This document shows positions 29,354-38,102 of a DNA stretch of 64,000 nt, piece after piece; the stretch's first letter is position 1, and each line of letters starts with the position of its first letter. This DNA is from a virus, in IMG/VR virus record IMGVR_UViG_3300028608_000011, positions 20,008 through 84,007 of that record. One strand, 5' to 3'. The position numbers were made by a program, and so were the translations under genes. The notes beneath the pieces are model-generated. The model was not told the DNA's origin. It was given only the letters and a program-made list of their open reading frames with translations, and did not search any database.

Positions 29354-29962
29354 TCAAACCTCCGGGAACGCTTTGAAAATAATCTGCAGGCACTGCGCCT
29401 GATAGCGGGCATCATCCAGCGCATCATGGGCGACACCGCCTTCCCGATCCGGCATGTACAGCCCGCGGGACTCTGCGAACTCCACAAGCGTGCGCTGGTC
29501 ACGAACTTTACGAAACGAGTAGGGGACAGCGATACCCTCTCGCTTGTGTGCCTCTTCCAGCCACACGCTGTCACGGTCACCTCGTATCCACAGCTCACCG
29601 GTGAAGTTTGAGTTTCGGCCAATCGGCGTGGTGTCAGCCTGCAGCCATTGCCAGAGGGCGCGAAGGGCGTTGCCGAGGCTGATCCCGCCCTTTCCTTCCA
29701 GCGCAACTTGCTGCGTATTCCGGCTCTGTTCCAGCCACCAGTAGAAAGTGCTTGGGTCTATCGGTGCCTGGCCTTCCAGATTCACCGCGACATGGAACTC
29801 GTTGCTCACTCCCGCAGGCGGCCCAGCCAGTACCTGATTGGAGGGGTTGGGCGAGAAGCGCACCGCGCCGATCGCAATGATCGGCGCGGCAGGCCCGAGG
29901 CCCGCAGTTTCCAGGTCAATCGACACCGGGTATTCAGCGATGCTCTCGTAGTACATCGTCAC
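29354..29962 (-). CDS. DEDDh 3'-5' exonuclease (Exo VIII N-terminal / Rv2179c-like)
   Basis: IDLETAG, IGAV, STFYWW, RDQRT, HDALDDARYQA. Confidence 0.85.
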   Translation of the reverse strand: MTMYYESIAEYPVSIDLETAGLGPAAPIIAIGAVRFSPNPSNQVLAGPPAGVSNEFHVAVNLEGQAPIDPSTFYWWLEQSRNTQQVALEGKGGISLGNALRALWQWLQADTTPIGRNSNFTGELWIRGDRDSVWLEEAHKREGIAVPYSFRKVRDQRTLVEFAESRGLYMPDREGGVAHDALDDARYQAQCLQIIFKAFPEV

Positions 29963-30648
29963 TCTCCTGTCAGGGCGTTCCAGCTGTACGGGAAGAGGCT
30001 CTGCATGATCGGGCCGATCTCGCTGAACAGATCGTTCACTTCGCCCTGAGCGTGAGAGTCGGTGCGTTTGGCGTAGGCCGCGGCGTAGGCGTAAAGGCTG
30101 CCAGTCCAGTACCAGTTCACTTCGCAGCCCTGCGGAAGGGCGAAGCGGGCCTGCTCAGGCGCCACGCCCTGCTTCACCAGATCCTCGTAGAACTTGATCA
30201 TGTCCTCGCAGCGTTGTTTGTACGCCAGAAGCAGGGCAGTGCTGTCAGGGTGAGGCCCAGCACTGCCCTGTTTGACCTTGTCACCATCGGGAGCCAGGCG
30301 GAACTCTTTTGGCACAAACAACACCGGGCGATCGCTGATGTAGCGGCGGCTTTCTTCGTTCTCGACGAAGCCGACCTTGTGCTTGAAGCACTGGGTACGG
30401 ATCGGCACCGGCGCCGACATTTTCAGGGTGATCGAGGTGTGCGCGAATGGCGTCCAGTGGCCGTGCTTGGCTAGGTAGTTGATCAGCGCCTCGTGGGAGC
30501 GAACTTTCACGCCCTGCTCAACCGACAAAGCTTCTGCTACCGCTTCGGTCAGGAACATCTGCACCGAATCGTCGTTGGCGAAGCTGACCTTGGCAGCGCG
30601 GACAACCGACAGGTCGTTGCCCATGTGGTCGATATATTCTGCTTTCAT
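29959..30648 (-). CDS. thyX: Flavin-dependent thymidylate synthase
   Basis: VVRAAKVS, HWTPF, KHKVGFVENEESRRY, PEQARFALP, HAQ.E. Confidence 0.93.
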   Translation of the reverse strand: MKAEYIDHMGNDLSVVRAAKVSFANDDSVQMFLTEAVAEALSVEQGVKVRSHEALINYLAKHGHWTPFAHTSITLKMSAPVPIRTQCFKHKVGFVENEESRRYISDRPVLFVPKEFRLAPDGDKVKQGSAGPHPDSTALLLAYKQRCEDMIKFYEDLVKQGVAPEQARFALPQGCEVNWYWTGSLYAYAAAYAKRTDSHAQGEVNDLFSEIGPIMQSLFPYSWNALTGE

Positions 30649-30959
30649 TGTCCGAGCCCCTTGCGGTTGCCAAAAGTGTTTACCGAACCGTCATCGTTCC
30701 AGATCGGGACGCCGCCTACCGCCACCATGGCCCGGTTCATCTGGTCTCGATCCAGAACCTCACCCTTCAGCTCACTGTTTGGGTGGCTGCACAGAATAAG
30801 GCTGCGTTTTGGGTTGGCCGTGCCGGGAGTTCGGCTTCGAAGGAGTTCGCCGTCGTCGAAAACCCGGTCACAGTTGAAGTGCTTCTTCAGCGCTTCCTTG
30901 AAATGCGTCTTGCCGGTCGCAGCCGGCGAGCAAAAGATGATGTTCATTCCGTGCTCCAT
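30645..30959 (-). CDS. Small P-loop-containing hypothetical protein
   Basis: IIFCSPAATGKT Walker A-like; FDD. Confidence 0.6.
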   Translation of the reverse strand: MEHGMNIIFCSPAATGKTHFKEALKKHFNCDRVFDDGELLRSRTPGTANPKRSLILCSHPNSELKGEVLDRDQMNRAMVAVGGVPIWNDDGSVNTFGNRKGLGQ

Positions 30960-30965
30960 GTTCCA

Positions 30966-30993
30966 ATAAAAAGCCCCCGCCTATGGCAGGGGC
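30966..30993 (-). terminator. Rho-independent terminator
   Basis: GCCCCTGCC-ATA-GGCGGGGGC-TTTTTAT on - strand. Confidence 0.75.
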
Positions 30994-31005
30994 GCGGCGG
31001 ACTTT

Positions 31006-31272
31006 TTAGCCCCGCGGGGCGTCACGGCTTGGGCCACCGTTCTTGTCGCCCTGCACGGACTTACCGGTGATACCGTCACCAACGATATCGACGCGGCCGG
31101 TGTCGAACCACTGGGTAGGCTCAATCTTGCCCTCGGCGTTCACCTTGGGGGCCAGGCCGTACTGATCGCAGCCGGTGATGTAGCTGCAGCAGGCCGTGAT
31201 GATGCCGGTGAAACCGGTGATCTTGTCCTGGCCTTCTTTGCCCAGGTTTTCGCGTGGGTTGGCGGTGCTCAT
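31006..31272 (-). CDS. Conserved phage hypothetical protein
   Basis: DKITGFTG..YITGCDQY..WFD pattern. Confidence 0.75.
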   Translation of the reverse strand: MSTANPRENLGKEGQDKITGFTGIITACCSYITGCDQYGLAPKVNAEGKIEPTQWFDTGRVDIVGDGITGKSVQGDKNGGPSRDAPRG

Positions 31273-31274
31273 GA

Positions 31275-31919
31275 TTACTGACCCTCCGATTTGTCAGCGC
31301 GAGCCTGCGCGGCTTCGTCGCTGTAGCCGTTCTTGTAGCGCTTGCCCAGCAGCTTCACCTTGTTGGCCAGCTGCGCTTCGCCCAGGCTGGTTTGAATGCC
31401 GTTCAGCAGGCCCACGATGTAGAAAGTAGCATCGCCCGCTTCCTCGCGGACGTTCTCGCCGTCCAGCTCAGCGCCGAGGACGTGGCTGACCACCTGCTCG
31501 AGCATTTCAGCAGCTTCACCGGCCAGGCCTACCGCCATATGCAGCATGTGCATTTTTTCCGGGGTCAGGCCTTCGAAGGCTTCGCCCAGGCCTTGGCTAC
31601 TCGGCAACTTGAACGATTCAGGGTCTGCGCCATCGACCGGAGGTTTGTTGTAGACGATGACTTTCTTGGCGGCGTCGAGCTGATTGCCCTTGTTGACGAT
31701 GGCGGTACACAGGGTCAACAGCTGCAGAAAACCGGTGAACTTCAGGGTGTCCAGCATCGCTTGGCCGGGCTTTGCCAGCTCTCGCACCATGCCAGAGAAG
31801 CTGTGTTCAGCGATGCGCTGGCGGTTCTCTTCCGGGATATCGGAAAGGATCGCCGCGTTGCGCTCTTGAGAGAGTTGTTCGAAGGTTGAGGCCAAAGCTT
31901 GGTTGACTGGCTGGTTCAT
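31275..31919 (-). CDS. MazG-like NTP pyrophosphohydrolase
   Basis: HMAVGLAGEAAE, EEAGD..FY, N..KL..RY..GYS. Confidence 0.85.
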   Translation of the reverse strand: MNQPVNQALASTFEQLSQERNAAILSDIPEENRQRIAEHSFSGMVRELAKPGQAMLDTLKFTGFLQLLTLCTAIVNKGNQLDAAKKVIVYNKPPVDGADPESFKLPSSQGLGEAFEGLTPEKMHMLHMAVGLAGEAAEMLEQVVSHVLGAELDGENVREEAGDATFYIVGLLNGIQTSLGEAQLANKVKLLGKRYKNGYSDEAAQARADKSEGQ

Positions 31920-31942
31920 AGGTCTGTCTCGAAAATTTTTGA

Positions 31943-31975
31943 ATAAAAAGCCCGGCAGGATCACCGGCCGGGCTT
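31943..31975 (-). terminator. Rho-independent terminator after the SSB-like gene
   Basis: AGCCCGGC-N10-GCCGGGCT-TTTTA on - strand. Confidence 0.8.
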
Positions 31976-31992
31976 CAGTTCAGAGCGCGGTG

Positions 31993-32916
31993 TTACTCAA
32001 CCTTGCCGATGGCCTTGAAGTTCCACGGGCGGAAAGCTTCTTCGCCGGTGCCGATCTTCTTGCCCACGGTGCAGTTGATGAGCAGTTCACCCGGAGTGCA
32101 GCCGAACTTGCGGATACCCACTGCGAACGCACCGGAGAGGCGATCCTTCGACGCCGGTGGAATCGACAGCGAGACCATCTGGTCATCGAACTCGTCGTCA
32201 CGGTTCTTGATCTGAGCCATGCCTTCGATATAGGTCTTGATTTCCAGAGGGTGGCCTTCCACGCCGTAACCGTCACCGCGCCACTCGGCCAGAGTTTCTT
32301 CGGCGCTGGTGCCGTCGGTGAAGGTCAGACCTTTAGGGTCGTAGCTGTAGAACATTTCAGCGCCGTTGCCCGGGAACTGGCGGACGATGTAGATCGAGCG
32401 GGTGCTGAAGATCTGCACGTCTACCGAATCACCCAGGTTGGTTTCTTCGCTGCCCAGCTGGAACTGACCTTCGGCCAGCTTCATGCGGTCAAACGACATA
32501 CCGGTGAGGTTCAGGCCTTCAAAGCCTTGCGCGGCCATTTCTTCCTGGAACTGCTTGGCTGCGCCCGCTTGGCGTTCAGTGTTCGACAGAGCCACGCCGC
32601 TTTCAGTTTTCACTGCCACTTCCTGCGGCTTGATCTGCTCCGGCTCGATTTCTGCTTCCGGCTCTGCGGCGGCGGTGGTGGCGGTGGCTTCAGGTTCCAC
32701 TACCTGAGCGTCATCGGCTTCAGCATCCTTGTCTGCGCCTTCATTGGCCAGCGCCTGGTCGTTTTCTTTTTCCAGCAGTTCGCCTTCCTTGACCTGCGAA
32801 TCCTTCGCAGTTTCGACTACCGCTTCCTTGACGGTTTCGGTTTCCTTCACCGCGGTCTGTGCGGTGGTTTGTACTTCGGTGGTTTCTGCCGGTGCTGCTG
32901 CGCGTTTCAGTGCCAT
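31993..32916 (-). CDS. Putative single-stranded DNA-binding protein with long acidic N-terminal region
   Basis: Own promoter and terminator; E/A/T-rich N-terminus; beta-rich C-terminal domain (LSIPPAS, W.F); located in the replication module. Confidence 0.55.
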   Translation of the reverse strand: MALKRAAAPAETTEVQTTAQTAVKETETVKEAVVETAKDSQVKEGELLEKENDQALANEGADKDAEADDAQVVEPEATATTAAAEPEAEIEPEQIKPQEVAVKTESGVALSNTERQAGAAKQFQEEMAAQGFEGLNLTGMSFDRMKLAEGQFQLGSEETNLGDSVDVQIFSTRSIYIVRQFPGNGAEMFYSYDPKGLTFTDGTSAEETLAEWRGDGYGVEGHPLEIKTYIEGMAQIKNRDDEFDDQMVSLSIPPASKDRLSGAFAVGIRKFGCTPGELLINCTVGKKIGTGEEAFRPWNFKAIGKVE

Positions 32917-32963
32917 GATCGTTGTCTCTCTAAGTTAATTAGGTTTCGGTTCATCATCATTTT

Positions 32964-32981
32964 CATCGGCAACTAGCGAGG
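32964..32981. promoter_or_regulatory. Palindromic operator-like motif, copy 3 (CCTCGC-TAGTTG-CCGATG on - strand)
   Basis: About 20 nt downstream of the -10 of the SSB promoter. Confidence 0.55.
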
Positions 32982-33001
32982 AATCCGCTAGCGCAGGCTG
33001 A

Positions 33002-33031
33002 TTTATACAGAGACGCCCAACCCTCTGTCAA
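33002..33031 (-). promoter_or_regulatory. Sigma70 promoter for the SSB-like gene
   Basis: TTGACA-N18-TATAAA. Confidence 0.7.
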
Positions 33032-34719
33032 CCGAGTAATTCGTGGAGCAAGTCGTGCTTGTCCTTGATCGCTCGGTTGTTGCTTTCCTCGTTCGCCAAC
33101 AACGACTTGAAGTTCTTGTCGGACAGTGTCCGCAATACCCTCATGAAGTACACGTTGACGATGTTGATCTGCCCCTTGCGGTCAGCCCTTGCGATTGCCT
33201 GCTTCGCCGCTTTTGGCGACGTCGGGCACTCGTAAAAGATGATGTAGCCGGCGACCTGCAGGTTCAGCCCTGCGCCGCCGGATACCCACTGGATGATTAT
33301 TGTGTCGCACTCATCATCGCTTTGGAACTTGTCCAGCTGCTCCTGTCTGTTGTCGATCCCGCCGTAGATGATCGCCACCTTACGGTGAGCAAACTGCATG
33401 GCGAGCCCTTCAATAGCCTGCCTGTAAAACGCGAAGATGATCAGCTTGCGGCCTGGGCCGGGGTTGATCGTCTCCACCAGCTGTCCAGTTGCCTTTGCCA
33501 GTTCGTCACACTCTGTAAGGGTGGGGTCGAATTTGGTTGGGCAGCTGATCAGCTGCAAGGCCAGGTGCCGCAAAGCGCTGGCGCTGTCCGGCGCCAGAAC
33601 CCGGTCGCCGAGGACTGCAAAGCGATCGCGGATCACCTGCTGATAGAGCTTCAAGTGGCGTCCGGACAGCCTCACCGGCACCTCGCTGATGATCGGCTCA
33701 GGCATCTGGATGACGTCACGCTTCTGCACCCGGTGAGCATTTTTCCAGAGCGAGTCGTAGATCTTTTCGACGTCCTTGTAGCCGACGATGTTCTTGATCT
33801 TCTTGCTCTTGCCATTCGGCAGCGGGACTTTGAACTCCTCGATCTCGCAGTGCTGCCGGATGAACGACGCCTTATTCAGGTAGGCGCCGGGGTTGATCAG
33901 CCTGATCAGGCCATAGGCATTGTGCAGGTGAGTCGGGATCGGCGTGCCGGTGAGGACGTACAGCGCGACCTCGTCCTTCAGCCTCATGCTCATCTCGTAC
34001 ACCGACTCGGAAAGGATTGAGTCCATCCCGCATAGCGCATCGCCCTCATCAAAGAACTGCACATGGTAGTTCTGATGGTAGAGCAGCATCTGCTTGGGAT
34101 TCGGCGCGGTGCCATTCTTCGGATTGATCATCCGGCCGTCCTTGGTGTACGGCTGGGCGCCGGGGAAGCGCGGATCGCCCTTGTTGTCCCCTTCTTCAAT
34201 GAAATAGCTGGTAGCGAATTCTTTTTTCGTACCTATCTCTTTGATATTCCTTATTTTCCACAGATTATTTCCGATGTTTTTCCGTGGGTGCTTGGCGTTG
34301 TACATGCGGTAGATGTCGTAGGACATGACCAGAATATCTGGCCAGCCTTCGACGTCCCAGCGGGCTTCCTTTTTCTTTTTCTTGTCCGCGCTGCAGTCCA
34401 GATCCTCGATCTTCAGGTGCTTGCTGACACCGGGAAAGAACACCTCGAACTCAGCCATGAACTGCGGGATCAGCCCGGGCAGAGTGGTGAACACCACCCG
34501 GTTGCCCATGGCTGCCATGAAAATTGCGTGAACCTGAGCTGGGTAGGTCTTGCCTGCGCCTGGCTCAGAAAAATCCCCGTAACGATCGTTCCAGGGGTAG
34601 ATCTTGATCATGTCGAGTTGATGCGGCATGGGCCAGTTGGGTAGCTCTATCTGGCTGAACCAGTCGGGGTGGTTGCCCACCCCGACCTCGAGCATCAAGT
34701 CGTGAAGACTTCTGCTCAT
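33028..34719 (-). CDS. SNF2-like superfamily 2 helicase
   Basis: EPGAGKT, FFDEGD, LTGTP, GGAGLNLQ, QAIARADRKGQ. Confidence 0.9.
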   Translation of the reverse strand: MSRSLHDLMLEVGVGNHPDWFSQIELPNWPMPHQLDMIKIYPWNDRYGDFSEPGAGKTYPAQVHAIFMAAMGNRVVFTTLPGLIPQFMAEFEVFFPGVSKHLKIEDLDCSADKKKKKEARWDVEGWPDILVMSYDIYRMYNAKHPRKNIGNNLWKIRNIKEIGTKKEFATSYFIEEGDNKGDPRFPGAQPYTKDGRMINPKNGTAPNPKQMLLYHQNYHVQFFDEGDALCGMDSILSESVYEMSMRLKDEVALYVLTGTPIPTHLHNAYGLIRLINPGAYLNKASFIRQHCEIEEFKVPLPNGKSKKIKNIVGYKDVEKIYDSLWKNAHRVQKRDVIQMPEPIISEVPVRLSGRHLKLYQQVIRDRFAVLGDRVLAPDSASALRHLALQLISCPTKFDPTLTECDELAKATGQLVETINPGPGRKLIIFAFYRQAIEGLAMQFAHRKVAIIYGGIDNRQEQLDKFQSDDECDTIIIQWVSGGAGLNLQVAGYIIFYECPTSPKAAKQAIARADRKGQINIVNVYFMRVLRTLSDKNFKSLLANEESNNRAIKDKHDLLHELLG

Positions 34720-34943
34720 CAGTAGATCCTCTGTGACCTGCTTCGAAGGATTTTTTCGTGGTCGTCGCGACAGTCCGAATCACAGAAGCGCTGAGGCTCC
34801 GGGAGCGGCTCGTCGCAGTTGTAGCAGCTGCCTTTATAAGCCAGTGTCGCCACCGGCTTACGGGCCAAGCGCAGCTGCTCCTGCAGAATGTTCTCCTGCT
34901 CAACCCCTGCTCTATCAACCGGGTCTGCGTAATTCTCGGTCAT
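34719..34943 (-). CDS. TraR/DksA C4-type zinc finger protein
   Basis: ADPVDRA (DxxDxA) and CYNC...FCDSDC. Confidence 0.8.
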   Translation of the reverse strand: MTENYADPVDRAGVEQENILQEQLRLARKPVATLAYKGSCYNCDEPLPEPQRFCDSDCRDDHEKILRSRSQRIY

Positions 34944-37828
34944 TCCTCAGCCTCCGTGTCCTTGATGAAGTTGTTCAACAGCGTCCCTTTTTCGGTGAGC
35001 TTCTGCACACTGATCACGTAGACGTCGATTTCTGGGTTGTGTGGGTGGGGTTCGATGCGCAGGAAGTAAACTTCGCCCTCGATCAACTCGGCGAGCTGAT
35101 TGAAGTTTCGGATTACCGCCAGCTCGCCGACGTTTTTGGTGTGGGCTTGATAACGCGGCAGGCAGGATTGCAGCACCAGGTACAGCGAATCGCCTTGGCG
35201 CCAGTAATGCTTGCCTGCCACCAGACGCAGCCGCTCATCGAACGTAGCGTCAGCCAGGGTGTTCATCGTGCTCAGGACGCGGTCAACTTCCGAGGAAGAC
35301 TTGCCGCGCTCGACCTCGGTGACTCGGCCGCCGTAGTAGGTGATCAACTCACTTTCCAGCATGCGGACGCTTTCCACGCCGTCGACCTTGAACTCTTCCA
35401 TGGTGTGGATGAGCATGTGCAGTCCAGTCAGGCAGCACATCATTCCCCAGCGCGGCCGCTCCTCGACGCCCTTGTGGATCATGCTCGACTTGCTGTGCAG
35501 GATCTTCAGCAGCGCGCTCGGCGACGTGCCCAGTGCCACAGTGACCAATGCCCGAGCCATCCTCAGCAGAGCTGACCGGTTCTTCACCGCGATGCGGTAA
35601 TTGTCCCGGTAGGTTTGGTTCTGCAGCGCCTTGGCCTGAAGCCGGACTTCTACCGAACGGCTGCGCAGCGCTGGCACCGATGCCGACTGCTCACTGGTGT
35701 ACACCAGCGGCGCCGATACCCGATCTTCGGTCACAGTCAGCTCGCGCTGGCTGTTGATGTTGCCCCGTTGGATCGGCGCGTGGCTCCAAGCTGCCTTCAG
35801 GATGCCGACGATCTGGCCGTAGCGAGTGTTGCCCAGTTGCACCGGGTTCACCTCTTCGATCAGCCGTGGCACCGTCGTGCTGCTGCTCACATAGCGGGTC
35901 AGCGGGAACAGCGTGCCGACCTCCACGTTCTGCAGCTCAGCCTTGTTGTAGTCGATCCCGTTGATCATCGCCATCAGCGTGGCCAGGCAGGATTTGCCCG
36001 CCCCGGCGTTGCCGAAGATGTTGAGCAGCGGGAATTGAGGCTCTTCGAACTGGATGTGCTGGCGGAAGTGGCACGAGACAAACCACCCCAGCATCTGCGC
36101 GACCTGAACCGGTTCGTTCACTTCGCACAGGGCGCGGATGGCCTCGGCCAGCTGCTCATCATCCTCCAGCGGATTGCTGCCGCCGATCAATGCGGGGGAC
36201 TGCCGAGCATTGCCGTCGAAGCGGAAAGGGCTGCGCCCACCAAGACCGGTGATGGCTGCCCCAGCTTCAACATAGTGCGCGACCGTGCCCCGCTCGCTGC
36301 GATCTAAAACGATCCCGCAGACGTTCGCACGAATCATCTTGTCCAACTCTTTATCCTCAGCCTTTTCCCTGGAAAATTTCAGCAGGGCCACCAGCATCTT
36401 CTGGATTTCTCCGTCGCCGGCGTACACCGCCGCGTCCCGGCCTTTCACCGCCGAGATCAGGTCACGCTTGGAACTCCACGAACGCTCGGACAAGGCGATC
36501 TCGCTGACCGTCTCGCTGCCCGACACCTTGAGGGTGCCGACCAGTTCCTTGCGCTCACTGTTACGCCAGCTGGTATGGCCACTGGCGTTGGTGTAGGACT
36601 CCAGCTCAAACACTTCCAGCGTGGGCCAGAACGTGAAGTTGGTCAGCTGCCGGCTGTTCTCCTCGCCGACCAGGTGATAGCCGCTCTCGTCATAGCGGAT
36701 CCGCACCTCGGAGTTGTAGTTGCCCACGTTCTCCTGAGTGGTTTCGCCACTGGCAACGTCAGATCGGCAGATCGGGCACTGGCGGCAGGGGGTGCCGATG
36801 GTGGCGATCAGCGCGCCGGGAGCGAACTTGATGGAGCCGTTGAAGGTTCGGTGCAGCTGCCCTTGGACATGCTTGAGTCGCTCGACTTCAGAAGGCCGGC
36901 TGCTCGATTCGACATTCTTCACGAATGGCCGAACCAGCGTCTCCATGTACTCCTTCTCTTCCGACTTCTCGTAGCGGGCAGCGATGTACGCTGCCAGCTG
37001 CATGGCCGCTTGGTTCCAGTTTGAGTTGCCTGAATCACCATCGGTGATCAGCTTCTGGATGCAGCCCGGAATACCTTCCCACTCCCGCATCGCTTCTTTC
37101 GGCACGACACAGGCCGCGCTCATGGCCTTCACTTTGCGGGACGCCGCAACGCGGGCAGCCTTCAGCAACTGCTCGGCTTTCGCGTAAGTGACGTTCTTGC
37201 CTGGCTGTGGAGTTGCCAGCGCCGGCCGAGGGGAAGCCACGATGGCGTGGTACTCCTCGCTGTTCATATCGGCCAGCTCGTTCGGCGTGGTGCCAACCTT
37301 GTAGGTGCCGCTGCCCGGGCGAGGAACACCCTCACAACGCCACATCCGGCCACGGCCGCAGGAGTACACCGATTCATCCAGGCTGCACGGCGATTGAAGG
37401 CCAGCACCTTTGAGGATGGTCAGCATGATCTCGCGGTAGATCATCGGCAGGAACTTTGTAGGCTTCTTGACGCCAAACACCTGAGCCGGGATGGTGATGT
37501 GCACACCCTTGCCGCCGGACAGCCAGCAGTGGATGAACTCAGACGGGATGTCCAGCTTGTTCATCAGGTAGTCAATCACAGCGTTGACGTCAGCGAGCAC
37601 CTGATCAATGTCATCGGCGTCGTCGAAGTCCAGGTACATCGGGCCCATGTACAAAACGGTCTCTACAGCGTTGAGACCGTTTTCAGTAACGTCTTCCGGG
37701 TTTTGATCGACCATCAGGACAGTTTTGAACGCAGGCGGGCCTGGAAGCTCAGCTCTCTCAAGCTGCTCTTCTGTGTAAAGCCGCCATGGTTCCTTCTTGT
37801 CCGGTTTGAACTGAAGGAAATAATACAT
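34940..37828 (-). CDS. Primase-helicase (AEP-type primase + P-loop helicase)
   Basis: YLDFDD, SGGKGVH, D.SVY..R..R primase motifs; CRQCPIC; GNAGAGKS Walker A, IEE. Confidence 0.85.
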   Translation of the reverse strand: MYYFLQFKPDKKEPWRLYTEEQLERAELPGPPAFKTVLMVDQNPEDVTENGLNAVETVLYMGPMYLDFDDADDIDQVLADVNAVIDYLMNKLDIPSEFIHCWLSGGKGVHITIPAQVFGVKKPTKFLPMIYREIMLTILKGAGLQSPCSLDESVYSCGRGRMWRCEGVPRPGSGTYKVGTTPNELADMNSEEYHAIVASPRPALATPQPGKNVTYAKAEQLLKAARVAASRKVKAMSAACVVPKEAMREWEGIPGCIQKLITDGDSGNSNWNQAAMQLAAYIAARYEKSEEKEYMETLVRPFVKNVESSSRPSEVERLKHVQGQLHRTFNGSIKFAPGALIATIGTPCRQCPICRSDVASGETTQENVGNYNSEVRIRYDESGYHLVGEENSRQLTNFTFWPTLEVFELESYTNASGHTSWRNSERKELVGTLKVSGSETVSEIALSERSWSSKRDLISAVKGRDAAVYAGDGEIQKMLVALLKFSREKAEDKELDKMIRANVCGIVLDRSERGTVAHYVEAGAAITGLGGRSPFRFDGNARQSPALIGGSNPLEDDEQLAEAIRALCEVNEPVQVAQMLGWFVSCHFRQHIQFEEPQFPLLNIFGNAGAGKSCLATLMAMINGIDYNKAELQNVEVGTLFPLTRYVSSSTTVPRLIEEVNPVQLGNTRYGQIVGILKAAWSHAPIQRGNINSQRELTVTEDRVSAPLVYTSEQSASVPALRSRSVEVRLQAKALQNQTYRDNYRIAVKNRSALLRMARALVTVALGTSPSALLKILHSKSSMIHKGVEERPRWGMMCCLTGLHMLIHTMEEFKVDGVESVRMLESELITYYGGRVTEVERGKSSSEVDRVLSTMNTLADATFDERLRLVAGKHYWRQGDSLYLVLQSCLPRYQAHTKNVGELAVIRNFNQLAELIEGEVYFLRIEPHPHNPEIDVYVISVQKLTEKGTLLNNFIKDTEAEE

Positions 37829-37832
37829 GGCG

Positions 37833-38078
37833 TCAATCCTTGTTCATCGGGGCCTGTGACTCACGCTTGACGATGGTTTTGCCATCGCGATTGAATGCCA
37901 GAAAGTCGACCTCACGGCGAATGCCGCGGCGCTCGACCGCTTCTTTGAACAGGGTGATGTTGTAGACCTGATCCATCTCGACCGCGCCACCGATCTCCAG
38001 ACGGTTGTAATAATCAGCCAGCTTGTTGTAGTCGATAGGCGTGTTAGGGGTACGCTCTTCGTGTTCCACGACTTTCAT
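37833..38078 (-). CDS. Hypothetical protein (possible small DNA-binding protein)
   Basis: 81-aa ORF with AGGAG RBS. Confidence 0.7.
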   Translation of the reverse strand: MKVVEHEERTPNTPIDYNKLADYYNRLEIGGAVEMDQVYNITLFKEAVERRGIRREVDFLAFNRDGKTIVKRESQAPMNKD

Positions 38079-38102
38079 GTAAGGCTCCTGTGTCCGGGCC
38101 GC

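Noticed and set aside
26770-34300. Inteins or introns in polA and the helicase
   Set aside because: The insertions lack C/S...HN splice termini and homing-endonuclease motifs, and the reading frames are continuous
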